Shown here: positions 1 through 12,596 of the stretch, piece after piece | Layout: the number at the start of each line of letters is the position of its first letter | Position numbering within the stretch: the stretch's first letter is position 1 | From: Ginglymostoma cirratum | Taxonomy: Eukaryota | Reading direction: 5' to 3' | DNA: 64,000 bases | Assembly: GCA_024137785.1 (NCBI GenBank) | Contig: JAHRHZ010000035.1 | Location: 24,141,601 to 24,205,600, forward strand | Position numbers and translations under genes: made by a program | The notes under the pieces: model-generated | What the model was told of the DNA's origin: nothing | The model's database searches: none | The model's input: the letters and a program-made list of their open reading frames with translations, nothing else

Positions 1-180
1 AATATCGTTGAGTGTGCTGCCCCTTTAAGAGAGCTAGTCAGGTTAGTGGAGAGGCTGAGCTTTGGGTCCAGTCTAGAACAAGCTGTGAAGGTGTGAGCAT
101 CGTAAAATAAAGCGTTTGCGTCAGATTTACATTTTGTCTACCTTTGTATGTAACTCCTAGTTTCAAAGGAAGCACCAACA
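1..180 (+). mobile_element. Probable 3' part of a solo LTR
   Basis: TATA-like ccctttaaga near 21, AATAAA at about 106, ends ...accaaCA at 180. The start is outside the window, so the TG end and TSD cannot be checked. Confidence 0.45.
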
Positions 181-402
181 TAATGTTACCCTTTACTGGT
201 ACACTGCTTAGAAGCCGAGTTGACAGTATAAAAATTCCACGAACTTGAGTAAATTTTAATACTTAGCCTATCATGACACTTCACAGTTCACAGAAAAATT
301 GGAATAGCTTTCATTGCAGTGAAGATAGTGGCACTGCGTTTTTTTTTAAAGCAACCAAATGTGTTTCTGATAAAAAGTAACTTATTTTCGTGTAATATTC
401 AG

Positions 403-534
403 GGAACTGAACAACATGGGAGTCTGGTACAGAATGGGAAGAGTTCCTAGGACACAAGAGGTGTCAGCAACTACAGTGACAACAACATGTCTGACGTCCT
501 CATCTTCACCGAGTCCTGCTCCTAATCTCCCCAG
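403..534 (+). CDS. MVB12B: MVB12B internal coding exon (end of MABP domain plus S/T/P-rich linker), 132 nt, phase 2-2
   Basis: Acceptor ...taatattcAG at 401-402, donor AG|GTACTT at 535. Translates (G)ELNNMGVWYRMGRVPRTQEVSATTVTTTCLTSSSSPSPAPNLP(R), matching recalled human MVB12B ELNGMGIWYRMGRVPR...PAPNLPR. Confidence 0.95.
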
Positions 535-2012
535 GTACTTTTTAAAAAAGAAATTAATGGCTGGATATTAATCACTGTTTTTGTAGCAAGAATGTCCTGT
601 TATGACTCCTAAAGTTGTACCTTCTCAAAACCAAAATGCAGATGTAGTAGCAAACACAATAATTCTATTGGTAAACTGGCAATGTGGGTTTGGTAGGGTT
701 TTCCTGATGTGAAAATTTTCAGTGTGCTGAATGCTGGAGTTCCGGCATATTGCCATGATATTGAGGCAGAGGAGACTACTTGGATTGTCACTTGATCTGT
801 TTTTTTTCCCCTCTATTCCGAATTTTTTATTGCCTGTTTTCTGCTGAGGTAAGTGAGATTTCCATTGAAAATGTTTTCAAGCTCAACCACTTGCTTCCAT
901 GCAGCAGTAAAGCCAAGACTGAACCTCAGGTCACTTGTCATTTGTGACTGAATTGTCTTTGATGCTGCAGTTCACTGTCACGTGAAAGATCTTGTTTGCT
1001 AGAATAACTTGCAACATTTCTCATCGTGACAGTGTTGTACAAGTCGGGAAATTGTTTATTATGGATTTATGTATGCTGAATGTAATCACAGAAATTACTT
1101 GACTGACATTTGGCTTTGCTGAGACCAAGAGCAAAATGTTTCAAATTTCTAAAGAATTTGTTGGTTTTTTTTTGTTTTGTTTTGTTTCAAACATCAGGAT
1201 GAATGTTGCATCTAAATATCATGTATAATATGGCAGGACACGTAATATGGTATTTCTGAGATATACAGCAAAGCTGTTTAACTACCATCAGCAAAAATGT
1301 TAGCCTATCACCTAATTCAGTTGTAGCTCCAAAGTCATGGATAATATTATGTTTCTGAACAAAACAAAACACAATTATTGTCATTACTAATTTTTCTGAC
1401 TGTAAGTGATATTCCTATTTTTCTGTTGCTATTCTACGGGAGAGGGGATCTTACACACTAAATTATGACAGTTTGGAAGCTCTGTGTTCAAATTGTGTTG
1501 ATTATATGCTAGATTTGGGGAGGTGGTCCTAATTTGTCTTCTGAAGCTGAAATGGAGAGGGGCAACTTTTGGCTGTAATCCATGTTGAACACAATCAGGA
1601 GTGCAGATATTAATACTGGGGCGGGGGGGTGTGGGGTGGGAATGACTAATAATCAAGTCTTAGGCATCACGAAAGCAATCCCAGTTAAGCCCTAGGGTAA
1701 CAACATCAAAGGCAGGCTTTTTAAGGATTTTCTTTCATGCATTGGCAAGTTTCTCAACATTAAACATGCTTCAGAATTGCATGTTTTAAATCTTTCTTGC
1801 ACGGGTACGTTTTCATCCACCTTAAAATCCTTAAGAATGGCCAGTTGTCAAAATTATTTGCATAATTTGATTGAATTATTTCTTGCAGTTATCAATTTGA
1901 GATTTATCCTGATAGGGTGCAGACAGGGAGGAAAAGTGATGCACTAAGTGCTATTGTTCCACACTACAGTTCTACCACATGTAACCCTGTGGTTATTGAA
2001 TGGTGTGATGAT

Positions 2013-2216
2013 ATCAACCACATTTGTTGTGGGTCTGGAATTGCATGAAGGCCAGATTTCCTCTTCTAAAAGCCAGAGTGAATCTGATGGATTTTTATGG
2101 CAATTCAGTTGTTCCATAATCATTATTAATGGGACTAACCTTCTATTCTAGGTTAATTAATTGTATTTCTGGTCTACAAAATAGCCGAGGTAAATAGTTA
2201 TTTTACGCCACTGTCC
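2013..2216 (-). mobile_element. Decayed tRNA-derived shark SINE (same family as 21668-22016)
   Basis: tcaaccacatttgttgtgggtctggaattgcatgaaggccaga resembles tcaaccatattgctgtggatctggagtcacatgtaggccaga at about 21750-21790. Confidence 0.6.
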
Positions 2217-2274
2217 ACCTCCTTTTTATCACCACTACCTCCAAAAGCTCACCTTTTTGTGCTGGCGAATTGTT

Positions 2275-3150
2275 ACCCCATCTACAACTTTCCTTTCAAC
2301 TCAAGTTCCTGAAACAGTTGTTCTCTCCAAAATCTACAACTCGGTTCAACTATCTACAACTGTGTTTCTGTTCTCTGTCACAGCACTGAGACGGCCAAGT
2401 TAAAAATATCAGACAATATTCTCTGTTCACAACGCATGTTGACTCTTTGATTACCCTGCAGCCTTGGAGATGCTCAATCATGCCATTCTTCTATGGCACT
2501 CCTTTTCCATTATTCATTTTAGTAGCACTACCCTTGCTTCCCTCTACTCAATTATTCAAATGCAGCCAGAGCAATGCCTGTTCGTGCAGGATCTATTCTT
2601 GACCAACATCATTTCCTTCCTTATCTACATGCATGAGGTTAGCATCCACATGCAAGGATGTCCTGACTCCCCTCTCATTCTGTATTGTAAGAATATTTGT
2701 TCAATATTCTCTTGAATGGATCACAGTTTCCTCCAATGTAATATTAGGAAGATCAAAGTTATTGTATTCACCTGCATGATCAGCTGTGTGCCCAACCCAG
2801 CTATGTATTTCCCTAAAACTGGACTGTTTGCAGCCTTAACATTAAATTTGATCCTGATTTAAGCACATGATCCCATATCTCTCCATCAGAATGACTGCCT
2901 GCTCTTGTAAGACATCACCTGTCTCCAGCACTCCCTTTTTGTCTGTTTGCAGCTGTAACCTTCATCCTTCCCAAGATATTTCCATACTCTATTTATTCCA
3001 ATGCCTTCCTAGTTGTCTTAACCCATACCATTTCAACTCCTCTAAAGCTCTGTTGCCCATATATCTCACTTAACTTATCATTACATCTCGTTGCACAGTT
3101 GTTCCTAGTCCCAATTGCTTTAACTTAATCTTCTCACGCTTTTCTTGTTC
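2275..3150 (+). mobile_element. Highly decayed L2 LINE, RT region
   Basis: C/T-rich strand with remnants of PISN.PF..K, HSTETA (cacagcactgagacggcc) and AAF..DH.ILL motifs. Confidence 0.65.
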
Positions 3151-5639
3151 CTATGTCTCTCAAGCCCCAGAAACTGGAGAACTATCTGACTTATGAGGTC
3201 TATGCCTAGGAAATGAGTCATCCCAGGGATATTGGCTTAATTGACAGTTGCTGATTCACTGCAATTTTTGATATTGAATTTACCATTGTAGTAGTGTAAA
3301 GCATTGTACAGAAACCTAAACTGGAACTGAAGTTCTACCACATGTAACACAATGGCTATTGAATGGTGAGATGATGTATTGGCTCAGTTTTAGAGTTGCA
3401 GTGATCTAGAATTTTGGACAGACCATTCATCCACCTTCTGGATTCTAGTTTCTTAATGCATTACATTGCAAAGTTATAAATGTGACCTTGCTGCAAGCTG
3501 GTAGCAACAAGTATATCCCAACTGCACATTTGCTTGGTGCTCCTGTTTGTTTCCTTTTGTGTTTGGAGCCGATTGGACCTATTTGCGACCACTAATGGAA
3601 AAGAGAGATTTCCAACTTATTACTTTGTAGCATTTCTTTTTGTTTTGAAGGACATCTCAGTTTTTGTTGAGCTGTCTAATTTTTGACTTCTACCACTATG
3701 ATCAGAGGTTTGAATGATGACTAGCAGCAAAAACATTTTTTCTTCTCTTTTTATAAGCTGTATTTGTTTTCATCTCTACATTTACCCTTACAATTTAGGA
3801 ATCTTGAGGCATTCTTACCAAACAAACAGATGATTTTACCTCAGTTTATTTTTAATTGACATATTTTAGAACATAATTAAGAATTTAAAAAAAAATTGCA
3901 GCGTTGCAAAAGTTTGATTTTGGAGTGGCCAGATAGTTTGTGTTCTTTGGTTTACCCACCTTACTTTGTGGACTGATTCCAAAATAGTAATTTTCAGCTT
4001 TGGAATATAAATTACTCTTGTTATTTCAGCTTTGATTTGTAAAAGACGTAGAACCATTAAATGGAAATGCCTGATTCAAGCAATAATAAATTGCTCTTTT
4101 TAAACTTTATAGTGTGAAATAAAACATTGTCAATGTCTGTCTGTGTTCACAAGTAGGTTCTCATTAAAACTTTAATGAGCTGCAGATTTTTTTTGCTGTT
4201 TTTTGACTCAAAATGTGTTGTACTGAAAAGGATAAAAGAAAACATTGATGATTTTTAAGTTCCTTGTTAAATTTTACTTGGCTTTCAGTCTTGCAAAAAC
4301 CCCATCATTGACTAGAGCAGAAACGTCTGTAAATGTACTACAGGGACTAGAGGTTTGTGGTCTGTCTACTAAATGAAAAAAGGAATTAGTGAATGATTTT
4401 TTTGCTGTGTGTGTAGTCAGCTGGGATTGACATTATAAAACTGGGTTATTAAGCTGAAGGTGATAAAGGAGAAAATATTGATCCTTTGCCTTTGAAAGTA
4501 TGCAAGGCTGTTTTGTTTGTCTGCATAGACCGTATTTCAACATTGCTCAAAAAGCCCATGACCGAGCTTTCAAATTTCCTGCATTACATTGTTTACTCTA
4601 TTTCCTAAAGCAGCTACCTGCAGTTTTATGATGGAATACTTAGTTGCCATTTTCTCCCAGGTTGTAAAAAGAAGCTTAGATATCAGTTTAACGATGTCTT
4701 AAATCTGATACTGACAGTATAACAGTTTAGCATATCGGCACTATTTCATTTCAGAATCTTTTAAATTAATATTGCTTTAGAGTATAAATTACACCTGTAT
4801 AGTTTATGAAGTCCTGATACAGTTTGCAGTAATGTACTTGTGGAGGACTTCAGGATACAATGGAACAGTCAGAATGTTTTACAGATTGCATAATGTATAT
4901 CGTACAGTGCACAAGGATCAGAAGAATTTGCCAGTTATACTTAAGGTTTGGCTGGATCAGAGGCTATCACATTTGACTGAAACTGTGCAAGACCCAGGAT
5001 TATGTTTTGATGCTTTAGTTGAGGGTTAATGGTCTGTGTATGCACTGTGACATGCTCTGGCATTGTTCAGTGTTTGGGATCGGTTTGAGCTGTTTGTTTT
5101 GAGAAATGGGTTCCAGATTGTCTGCTGTCTACGTAATTCCAGGTGGAGTCCACACATATTTTGCAAACATGTTTAAGCTTTGGTATTTAAAAGTTTCAGG
5201 ATCTATATGACATACTGTACTTTACGAAATGTGTTGTTTGATGCATATCAAGTGGTAGTAAATTCTAGGTATATTGTACGTTTGTACCGTGCATGGTTCA
5301 AACCAGCCTGTCGAGCAAGAAAGAGACCTAGTTGCTTTGTGTGCATAACTAGTGTCACAAGATTTATGACAATACAAATAGACTTTTAGAATCCTGGATT
5401 ACCAAGATGATCCAAAATAAAGCTGAAAACAAAACTGTGTCCTTTGCTTTCATCTAGAAAATGGTCCTCTAGTTTGGTGGATGATATGGAAATCTTGGGA
5501 AATACTCAGAGATAGTTTAGGCACTCAGCCAGTAGGTTGATTCTCATTTGAAATTATTTTGGTTAACCATAATAAAATAAATACACCTGTGCTTTTTTAC
5601 TCTAGTAAAACGTGGACCCAAAACTGAGTTCCTTAAAAT

Positions 5640-5870
5640 CATAAGGGAATGTGCAAGTGGATAGACTGTTCCAATTGGGTAGAATGGGGAAACGGTGAGG
5701 ATATGTGAATATGTTAGATATCAACAAGTATTTCTTTCTATAGAAGGTTTATTAGGCTTTGCAACTCGTGCCATGAATGTGGATTTGCTCGAAGTTTTCA
5801 GAAAGGAGCTGGACAAGTTATGTACAAAAGGAAAGTGGGATGTTGAATGATGTGCCTTATGGTCACTGTG
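5640..5870 (+). mobile_element. Decayed CR1 LINE 3' fragment
   Basis: gtggatagactgttcca...tttcagaaaggagctggacaagt pattern of the CR1 ORF2 end. Confidence 0.55.
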
Positions 5871-7419
5871 GTGTGGAGGTCGTTTTTTTTTGTTTTACTG
5901 AAGGGGTCAGAGAGAAATTTTCCAGCTTTCTCTTTCATCCCTAAAACTTCGGATGTTTGCTTACTTTTTTTTTTATTTTGCTCCTGCGAGGATATTGTGG
6001 CTGCTGGTTAATGGAAAGCTTTGGGGAACATGGTCGACAACTGCATGGGGTGAATTCAGTGAACCAACTGTTTTGTTTCCTGTTTGTCAATTTTGTATGT
6101 TCTTATTAAAAAGCAAACTCAATTATTTTAATATTTACCAATATTTTGAAAATTTCTGTTTTTTAGAACCAGTTGGGACCCATTGAACTAAATCGTAACG
6201 TTACATAATCAATTGTCTGCTGTTCAATTTCAGCACTGCCTTCTATATGGCCCATTGAGGACCTCTAGTGGCAGAAGCTAATGCTTGAAAGGTGTCAGCA
6301 ATTGTTTAATGCTAACAGATCCCAACCAATTATCTTCGCAAACTGCTTTCTATTGTGATCTCGATTCATGTGAAGATTCGCTAAGTTGGTGCTAGTATCC
6401 TTTTAACGTTCTCTCTGATCTTAAACACTTGGTAGAATAATAGAACATTGCACGTTGCACAGATCATTTCAGTAGGATTTACTACTGCCTTGCAACATTG
6501 AAGCCACACTTATTTCTTGACTGACTTTGCCGAAATCAGCAGGTTTATGTTAAAGGCTCAAGTTGAAATGGCTACATTCTTAATTGCTCAATCACAGAGT
6601 AATTCCAGTCCAATGTATACAAGTCATGGTGCTAAAGAGATTTGAGATGTCAAGATTGCAAATAAGGTGACATTAATGCTATTGACGTTGTAAGACTGTT
6701 TTTATATAGACATGCTTCTGACTTGAAGCTTGGTTTCTGTTTCGGGTATGATGTGCCTTCAGCCACTGTTATGGACTAAACAACATGCAGTTAATGGTCA
6801 GGATGTTTCACTTGCACCAAAGTGTTTTTAAACTCCATGGTCAGACAGCTATTCCTTTTTTAAAATGCCGTACAAAGTGGAAGTAGTACCTCTGGAACTA
6901 CTTTGCCTTGCAGAGTCCTATGCTCAAGGGCAAAATGACCGTTAAGTGCAGTAATCTGCAAATACATTTGATGTAGTTTTAGGTCACTACTAGATAATCT
7001 CAAAATGGCAAATTTGCACAGCAAGTAGAACTTCACAGAAAGCAACTAATGTGCCAACAAACAATAATTTCAATCTAAATTAGCAACATATATATTACAA
7101 GTACTGAATGCATAATCTGTAATGAGTTTGCTGTATTTCATGACACTGATTTGCTTTTGAGTCTATATCGTTGTGTAAGCTTTTTGTGATTCGGGTGTTT
7201 CACAGAGCCCCTTAAGTTTAAAATAATGGATTTTCCAAATAATTTTCAGAAGCAAGGACGCAAAGTGTTCAAACTGAAGATGTTTTGCCTTCTCCAGAAT
7301 GAAAGCAGGACTAAAACAGTTAAATTACAGTTACCACCTGCAAGTTCCCCTTTATTTCACACATTAACCTGACGTGGACTTATATCTCTGCTTTCTCGTT
7401 GTCAAGATCCTGCATCTTC

Positions 7420-7560
7420 CTTATTAACAATACTGTGGGTGTATCCATGTTAAAAGGATTGCAGCGATTCTAGAAGGTGGTCAATCACCACTTTGTCAAG
7501 GGCATTTAGGGATGGGCAGTGAATGTTGACCCAACCAGCAATGCACACATCCTCTGAAAA
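7420..7560 (+). mobile_element. 3' tail of CR1/L2-group LINE (family of 36590-37978)
   Basis: caagggcatttagggatgggcagtgaatgttgac...cacatcc tail, shared with several other copies in the window. Confidence 0.7.
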
Positions 7561-7599
7561 TATTTTTTTAAAATAAGGGTATTTTGCATGAACTAAGCC

Positions 7600-7995
7600 T
7601 GCATTCATTTCAAGGTGGGATATTTATGCGAGGATTTATTAGTAATGTTTAAGATCATTAAATTAATAAGTAAGTTGATTGGAGAGAAACTATTTCTTAC
7701 AGTGGAGGATTCCAGAGCATGGGAGACAAATCTTTTGGCATTTTGGCTGGCTGTTTCCAGGAATGATACCAGGAAGTACAACTTAATACAAAGTGTAGCA
7801 GATCTCTGAAATACTGTTCCCTGAAACAGACTGCAGCTGGATACATAAAAACATTCAGTACTTGAGATTGATAGATTTTTGTTGGCAAGAACGTTCAGGA
7901 TCAAAGAATCAAAATAGATAGATGGAAATGAGATGCTAATCAGCTATAATCTAATTGAATGATGGAACAGGAATGAGAGGCAGAATGGTCTTTTA
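7600..7995 (+). mobile_element. CR1 LINE 3' end
   Basis: DL..FKIIK....EKLF-type reading, followed by the 3' UTR gaatgatggaacaggaatgagaggcagaatggtct. Confidence 0.75.
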
Positions 7996-8159
7996 TGATG
8001 AATTCAGTGATTTTTGTCTTCCTGCTTGTTCACTCTCGAGCAGGGCTGGCTTCTCCTCTTATAACAGTCAAGTTTAAGTAGCCACTTTCAAAAGATCTCC
8101 TCTCATGCTTTTTCAAAGTCCATAATCAGTGTTTCTGTTAACTACTTGAGTTGGAGTGT

Positions 8160-8830
8160 CCTAGACATACACTATACATGTGTCTAATTAAATTAACAAC
8201 ATGAGACAGGTGACAGGTGTCATAAATACAGTTCTGAAGATCTATGAGCAATTTGCATATCTGTGTCAAACTTGCATATCCTCAGAATGGAGCAAACCAG
8301 TTATTTTTCAATCAAAAGAATAATGTTGCTAATTAAATGACGAAAATGAGTCAAATTTAATCTTTAGATCTAAGACAGAATTTGATTCTTTAGTAAATGA
8401 AACCACCAATTCCGTTTTACTGTGTTGAAATTGTTAGATCCGTTACATTTGGAGTTGAATATAACCTTTTCTTCTAGGGTTTAGTCAGTGTTGCCTATGG
8501 TCCATGCCAGGGCTGAAAGTTACCACTTGCAGCCTTCGTGAGTGTGGCATTTTTATGCACAATATCTAAGATCGACATGAAAATCTTTCCCGCTATATTA
8601 ATTGACCTAGCTGGCGCGTGCCCTCTTGTGGTTTTGTACACTGCTCAGACAAAAATGAACAGAAATGATGACCTGACTTGTGATATAATCTATGAATTGA
8701 GTATCTTCAAACGGAAGGGTTAAATTGTATATTAAAGTGCACACTTGTCACTGAAACTTCCCTCCTGATTGCCTGCAAAAATATAAATGGATGTTACATT
8801 CCATTAGTGCTCTTCATAGTAATCTGGAAA
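8160..8830. promoter_or_regulatory. Candidate conserved non-coding enhancer
   Basis: No recognisable repeat; TAATTA 8185 and 8330, TGACAG 8211, GTCATAAA 8219, ATTTGCAT 8251. Conservation not tested. Confidence 0.45.
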
Positions 8831-9274
8831 CCTCAATTTGTATTTGAGGATTCATATAATCCCTCAAAGCACTCCTGTCTAGCTCCAGGAATTTGGAATA
8901 GCGATGTGGCTGTTCAGTGGTCTGTCAAGTTGATTTGAAAGCGTTAGGCCGTCTTCCTCTCATGTCTGTGTCTGCACAGTCAAGGTGATGGACTGATATT
9001 TCTGCAGATAGTCAACAGGAAGTATGATAGAAAATTTTTGCAGATACTCCAGCTTAGTTCACTCCTGTGGAGAGAATTGATGAGCTGGGATTTGAGGTTT
9101 GGGGCCCTTTACCAGAGCTGTGAAGGGTGTTCTCCTGAATCACTGCTTTATTTTCCTCTTTTTTTTTTTTTCAGATCTTGATTGACCTTTTCCAAAGACT
9201 CCTGCATTTTCTGTTTTTGTTTTAGATTTCCAGTGGGTGCTATTGCTGTATTTAGTGGCAATAGCTTTGAAAAG

Positions 9275-9790
9275 CCTGTCTACGTGCACAAATCAGGAGT
9301 GTGGTGGGATACTATCCATCTGCCTGGATGAGTGCTATTCTGACAATACGCAAGAAGCTTGACACCATCCAGGATGAAGCTGCCTGCTTGACTGGCATCA
9401 TGTCCGCATCTATTCACTCCCTCTACCAGTAATCCTAGCAGTAGCATCAGCATGTGTCGTCAACAAGATGCATTGCAGAAATTCAGAGATATCATCCTCC
9501 AAACCATTGACCACAACCATCTCCAAAGTCAAGGGCAGCAGATACGTGCAACCACCTGAGAGTCCCTCTCTAAGCCACTCGCCATTCTGATTTGGAAATC
9601 TAACACCATTCATCCGGTGTTGTTGAAACAATAACAAAAATTGACAAAAGCAAAAATGTGGAACACCTCTCCTAACAGCAGTGTAGATCTGCCTAAACCA
9701 AATGGAAACAGTGGTTCAAGAAAGCAACTAGGGGTGGTCAGTAAATGCTGACCAAGCCAGCGATGCCCACATCCCATCAATGAATTTAAG
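9275..9790 (+). mobile_element. CR1/L2-group LINE 3' part
   Basis: aagcttgacaccatccaggatgaagctgcctgcttgactggca... through the tail gccagcgatgcccacatccca; collinear with 37490-37970. Confidence 0.8.
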
Positions 9791-12231
9791 ACGTGAAAGT
9801 GATCATGTACCAAAGACAAATAATGGCACATATATATACACATCTGCTTTGCCTTTGAACTTGGTTTGCTATTCAGTGCAGTTTTGACCCCTATCTAGGA
9901 TATGAATTTCACCTTAAATAAAGACAGTTAAGCTTGTTGGAAATCTGAGTGACCAGACATGGGTAAGCTCCCATGTATATCCCTGCCATTTTGAAATACG
10001 TTTTAATAGAATTAACATGATTAACTTAACTTTGAGATCTTGCTAGGGTATAAACCTGCATCATTGTACTTGATGACTCCATGCAATTAGCCACCAACCT
10101 GTTCCATTACCATCGCAGCATTTATCTCTGCTTTTAAATCATAGCTCTGCCTTGCTACACTGCAATATTAACCAAAATCATACATCTTTCCAGCATTGAG
10201 TATCTATGCAAACAAATTGTGTTGCATTTTGACAAACTGCAGCTTTTTTATTATTCGGTGGAAAGCTTTGTAGCTCCACTAAACGACACTGGGGATGGGT
10301 ATCTACAGGGATGGATGGGTAATCTGCTGACAAACCAGTGTTGCTGTTGTACTGACTGCACAGAGAACCACTACCAGTATCAATTCACTTTTGCTTTCTG
10401 ATTCAACTGAGGTTCAGCAGTTCCATCATTTAACTTGCTGATAACCCAGTCTGCTTCACTGTAATTGGAATGCAAAATTTGTTGAGTCTTCAAATAGTCA
10501 CCTTATTGAAAGTTTTATTTTCTGTTAAAGAAATTTATTTACGTAATATTTGCCTCTCTTTGAAAATGCTAGGCTCAACATGCTATTTAATCTTTTGTGA
10601 TTTTAATTCCTGTCCTAAATTTCACACACATTAACTTCCAGATGGAGAAGGAGAACAAAAATTCACCATTAAGGTTAACAGGTTTACAAAGACTTGGCTG
10701 TGCTCTTATTTCTTAACATAGTCAGTATTTAATATCAGTTCATCTCCTTTTTATATAGGATTTTCTTGACTTTGAATCTTTGAATTTTGATTGTAAAAGT
10801 CTGCAACTCCTTTGTACTGTAATCTGCCATTTTTGACATTTCTCTCACTTCAAAAATGATAGGTAATATGGTGGTAAGAATCCTTGGTTACATCAGTAAT
10901 GATGTGCAAGTATGAAGCAAGACAAGACTTCGAAAGGTTTCTGTATCAATCGCCACAGACTGCAGTGACGTCTAGGGAATGCAAACAGTTAAGGCTGTCA
11001 AAACTTATTTATCACATAAATATGTTATCACTCATCAAAGTTGTATTTTCATTCTTCAAACAACATGGAGTGAAAAAGCCAACAACTGATGAAGCTTTGT
11101 TGTGGAAGTGCATTAGCGTTTTTGAAAAAAATAGCTGCAACATTTCATCATATACAGCAATAGTATTTTGTACTGTTTATACGTATCTACTGCACAAATC
11201 ACCTCTTATGAAATATTATGAAATTTAGAGATCTAAGATTCCAATGGAAACCTGTCTGATAATTCTTCTCCGTTTCCTTCAATCCCCCCAGCCTCAGTGC
11301 ACAAACGTCAAAGAACTTGGAGACTTTCCTTTTTGAGCATGCTTTTATGACCTCTCTGGTTTTAGATCAACATGAACAAATTCAGAAAAGTTACTATTTT
11401 CTGGACTAGGGAAGAATATTTATTAAAACCCTATTTGATTTTAAGATCAAAATCAGATCACATGCAAACAAAAAAGTTCAACTCTTAATGGTTTTACTTA
11501 ATGTACTTTGAGATTCTTATTTCCGACTTCATAGCCGGTGTACTGTGACCGAGCAGCAGTCTTCAGCAATATTTTTTCTAATTAGCTATGCAGATCTCAA
11601 CTAGTCAACCAATACAGAGAAGTAGAAATCCAGTTGTCTGGATAATTTCGACAGTTGCAAACAAAATTAATGAAGACATTTCATTAGAACAAAACGTGTC
11701 ATCGCAAACATTCTTAGACAGCATCATGTTTGAAGCTTTTTTCTGTCGTTGCACTTGTCGAGGAGCTTCTTAGCTTGTTCAGTCAATTTACTAGATTTCA
11801 AAAGAAGCTACGAAATAGCTATTTTATGCAAGTCAACTCGGCCTAGATCTCAAATTCTTGCATTGATTTGGGATGGAACACCAGTAGGAATTTCCTGTTT
11901 TGATTATCTTGTACTGTATAACAGGAACTGAGTCATGCAGAAAAACTCAACAGGCACGATTTATTTATTTGAAAATGGGTTTAGCAGATGTTAATGCATT
12001 CAACAAAAAATCCTTTTATTCTCATTTGAAACTATTTAAGTGAACAGTGTTAGAATTTTTAAGTCTGTATGCAGTGTTCTGTTCCAAAAAGTCAGGAAGG
12101 CACATTATTTACAGGTTATGCATTACAGAAGATGTGCCACCTAACCCAGCAACTGTATTTTTAACCTGATCCTGTTTAGATATTTGCTAATCAACCCTGT
12201 CTATTACGCATGCACATGTGCGCATGCACAC

Positions 12232-12324
12232 AAAGAAATTGCTGGAAAAGTTCAGCAGGTCTTGCAGCATTATTGGAGAGAAACCAGAGTTAATGTTTGG
12301 GATCCAGTGACCTTTCCTCAGAAC
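12232..12324 (-). mobile_element. Penelope-like element terminal repeat fragment with decayed hammerhead motif
   Basis: Minus strand reads gttCTGAGGAaaggtcactggatcccAAAcattaactctgg...ctgctgaacttttccagcaatttc; homologous to 55985-56078. Confidence 0.7.
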
Positions 12325-12404
12325 AGTTATATTATATGCACCTCTGGAGCAGGTGGGACTTGAACTGGGGCCTCCTTGCTCAAAAATCTGTATTCCTGTT
12401 TCCC

Positions 12405-12556
12405 AATCCCTCCCTAATAGCATTGTGGGTCAACCCACAGCAGGAGGACTGCAGCGGTTCAAGAAGGCAGCTCACCACCGCCTTCTCAAGGGCAACTAGG
12501 GATTGGCAAGAAATGCTGGCCAGCCAGCGACGCCCACATCCCACAGCAAATGAATA
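12405..12556 (+). mobile_element. CR1/L2-group LINE 3' tail
   Basis: gcagcggttcaagaaggcagctcaccacc...gcccacatccca. Confidence 0.85.
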
Positions 12557-12596
12557 GAGGAAAAAAACGTCAACCAGTTCAGAGATTTTTTTTTTT

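Noticed and set aside
11086-11130. CTGATGA followed by GAAA, a possible hammerhead or snoRNA box
   Set aside because: No convincing stem II, stem I or terminal stem, and no Penelope context.
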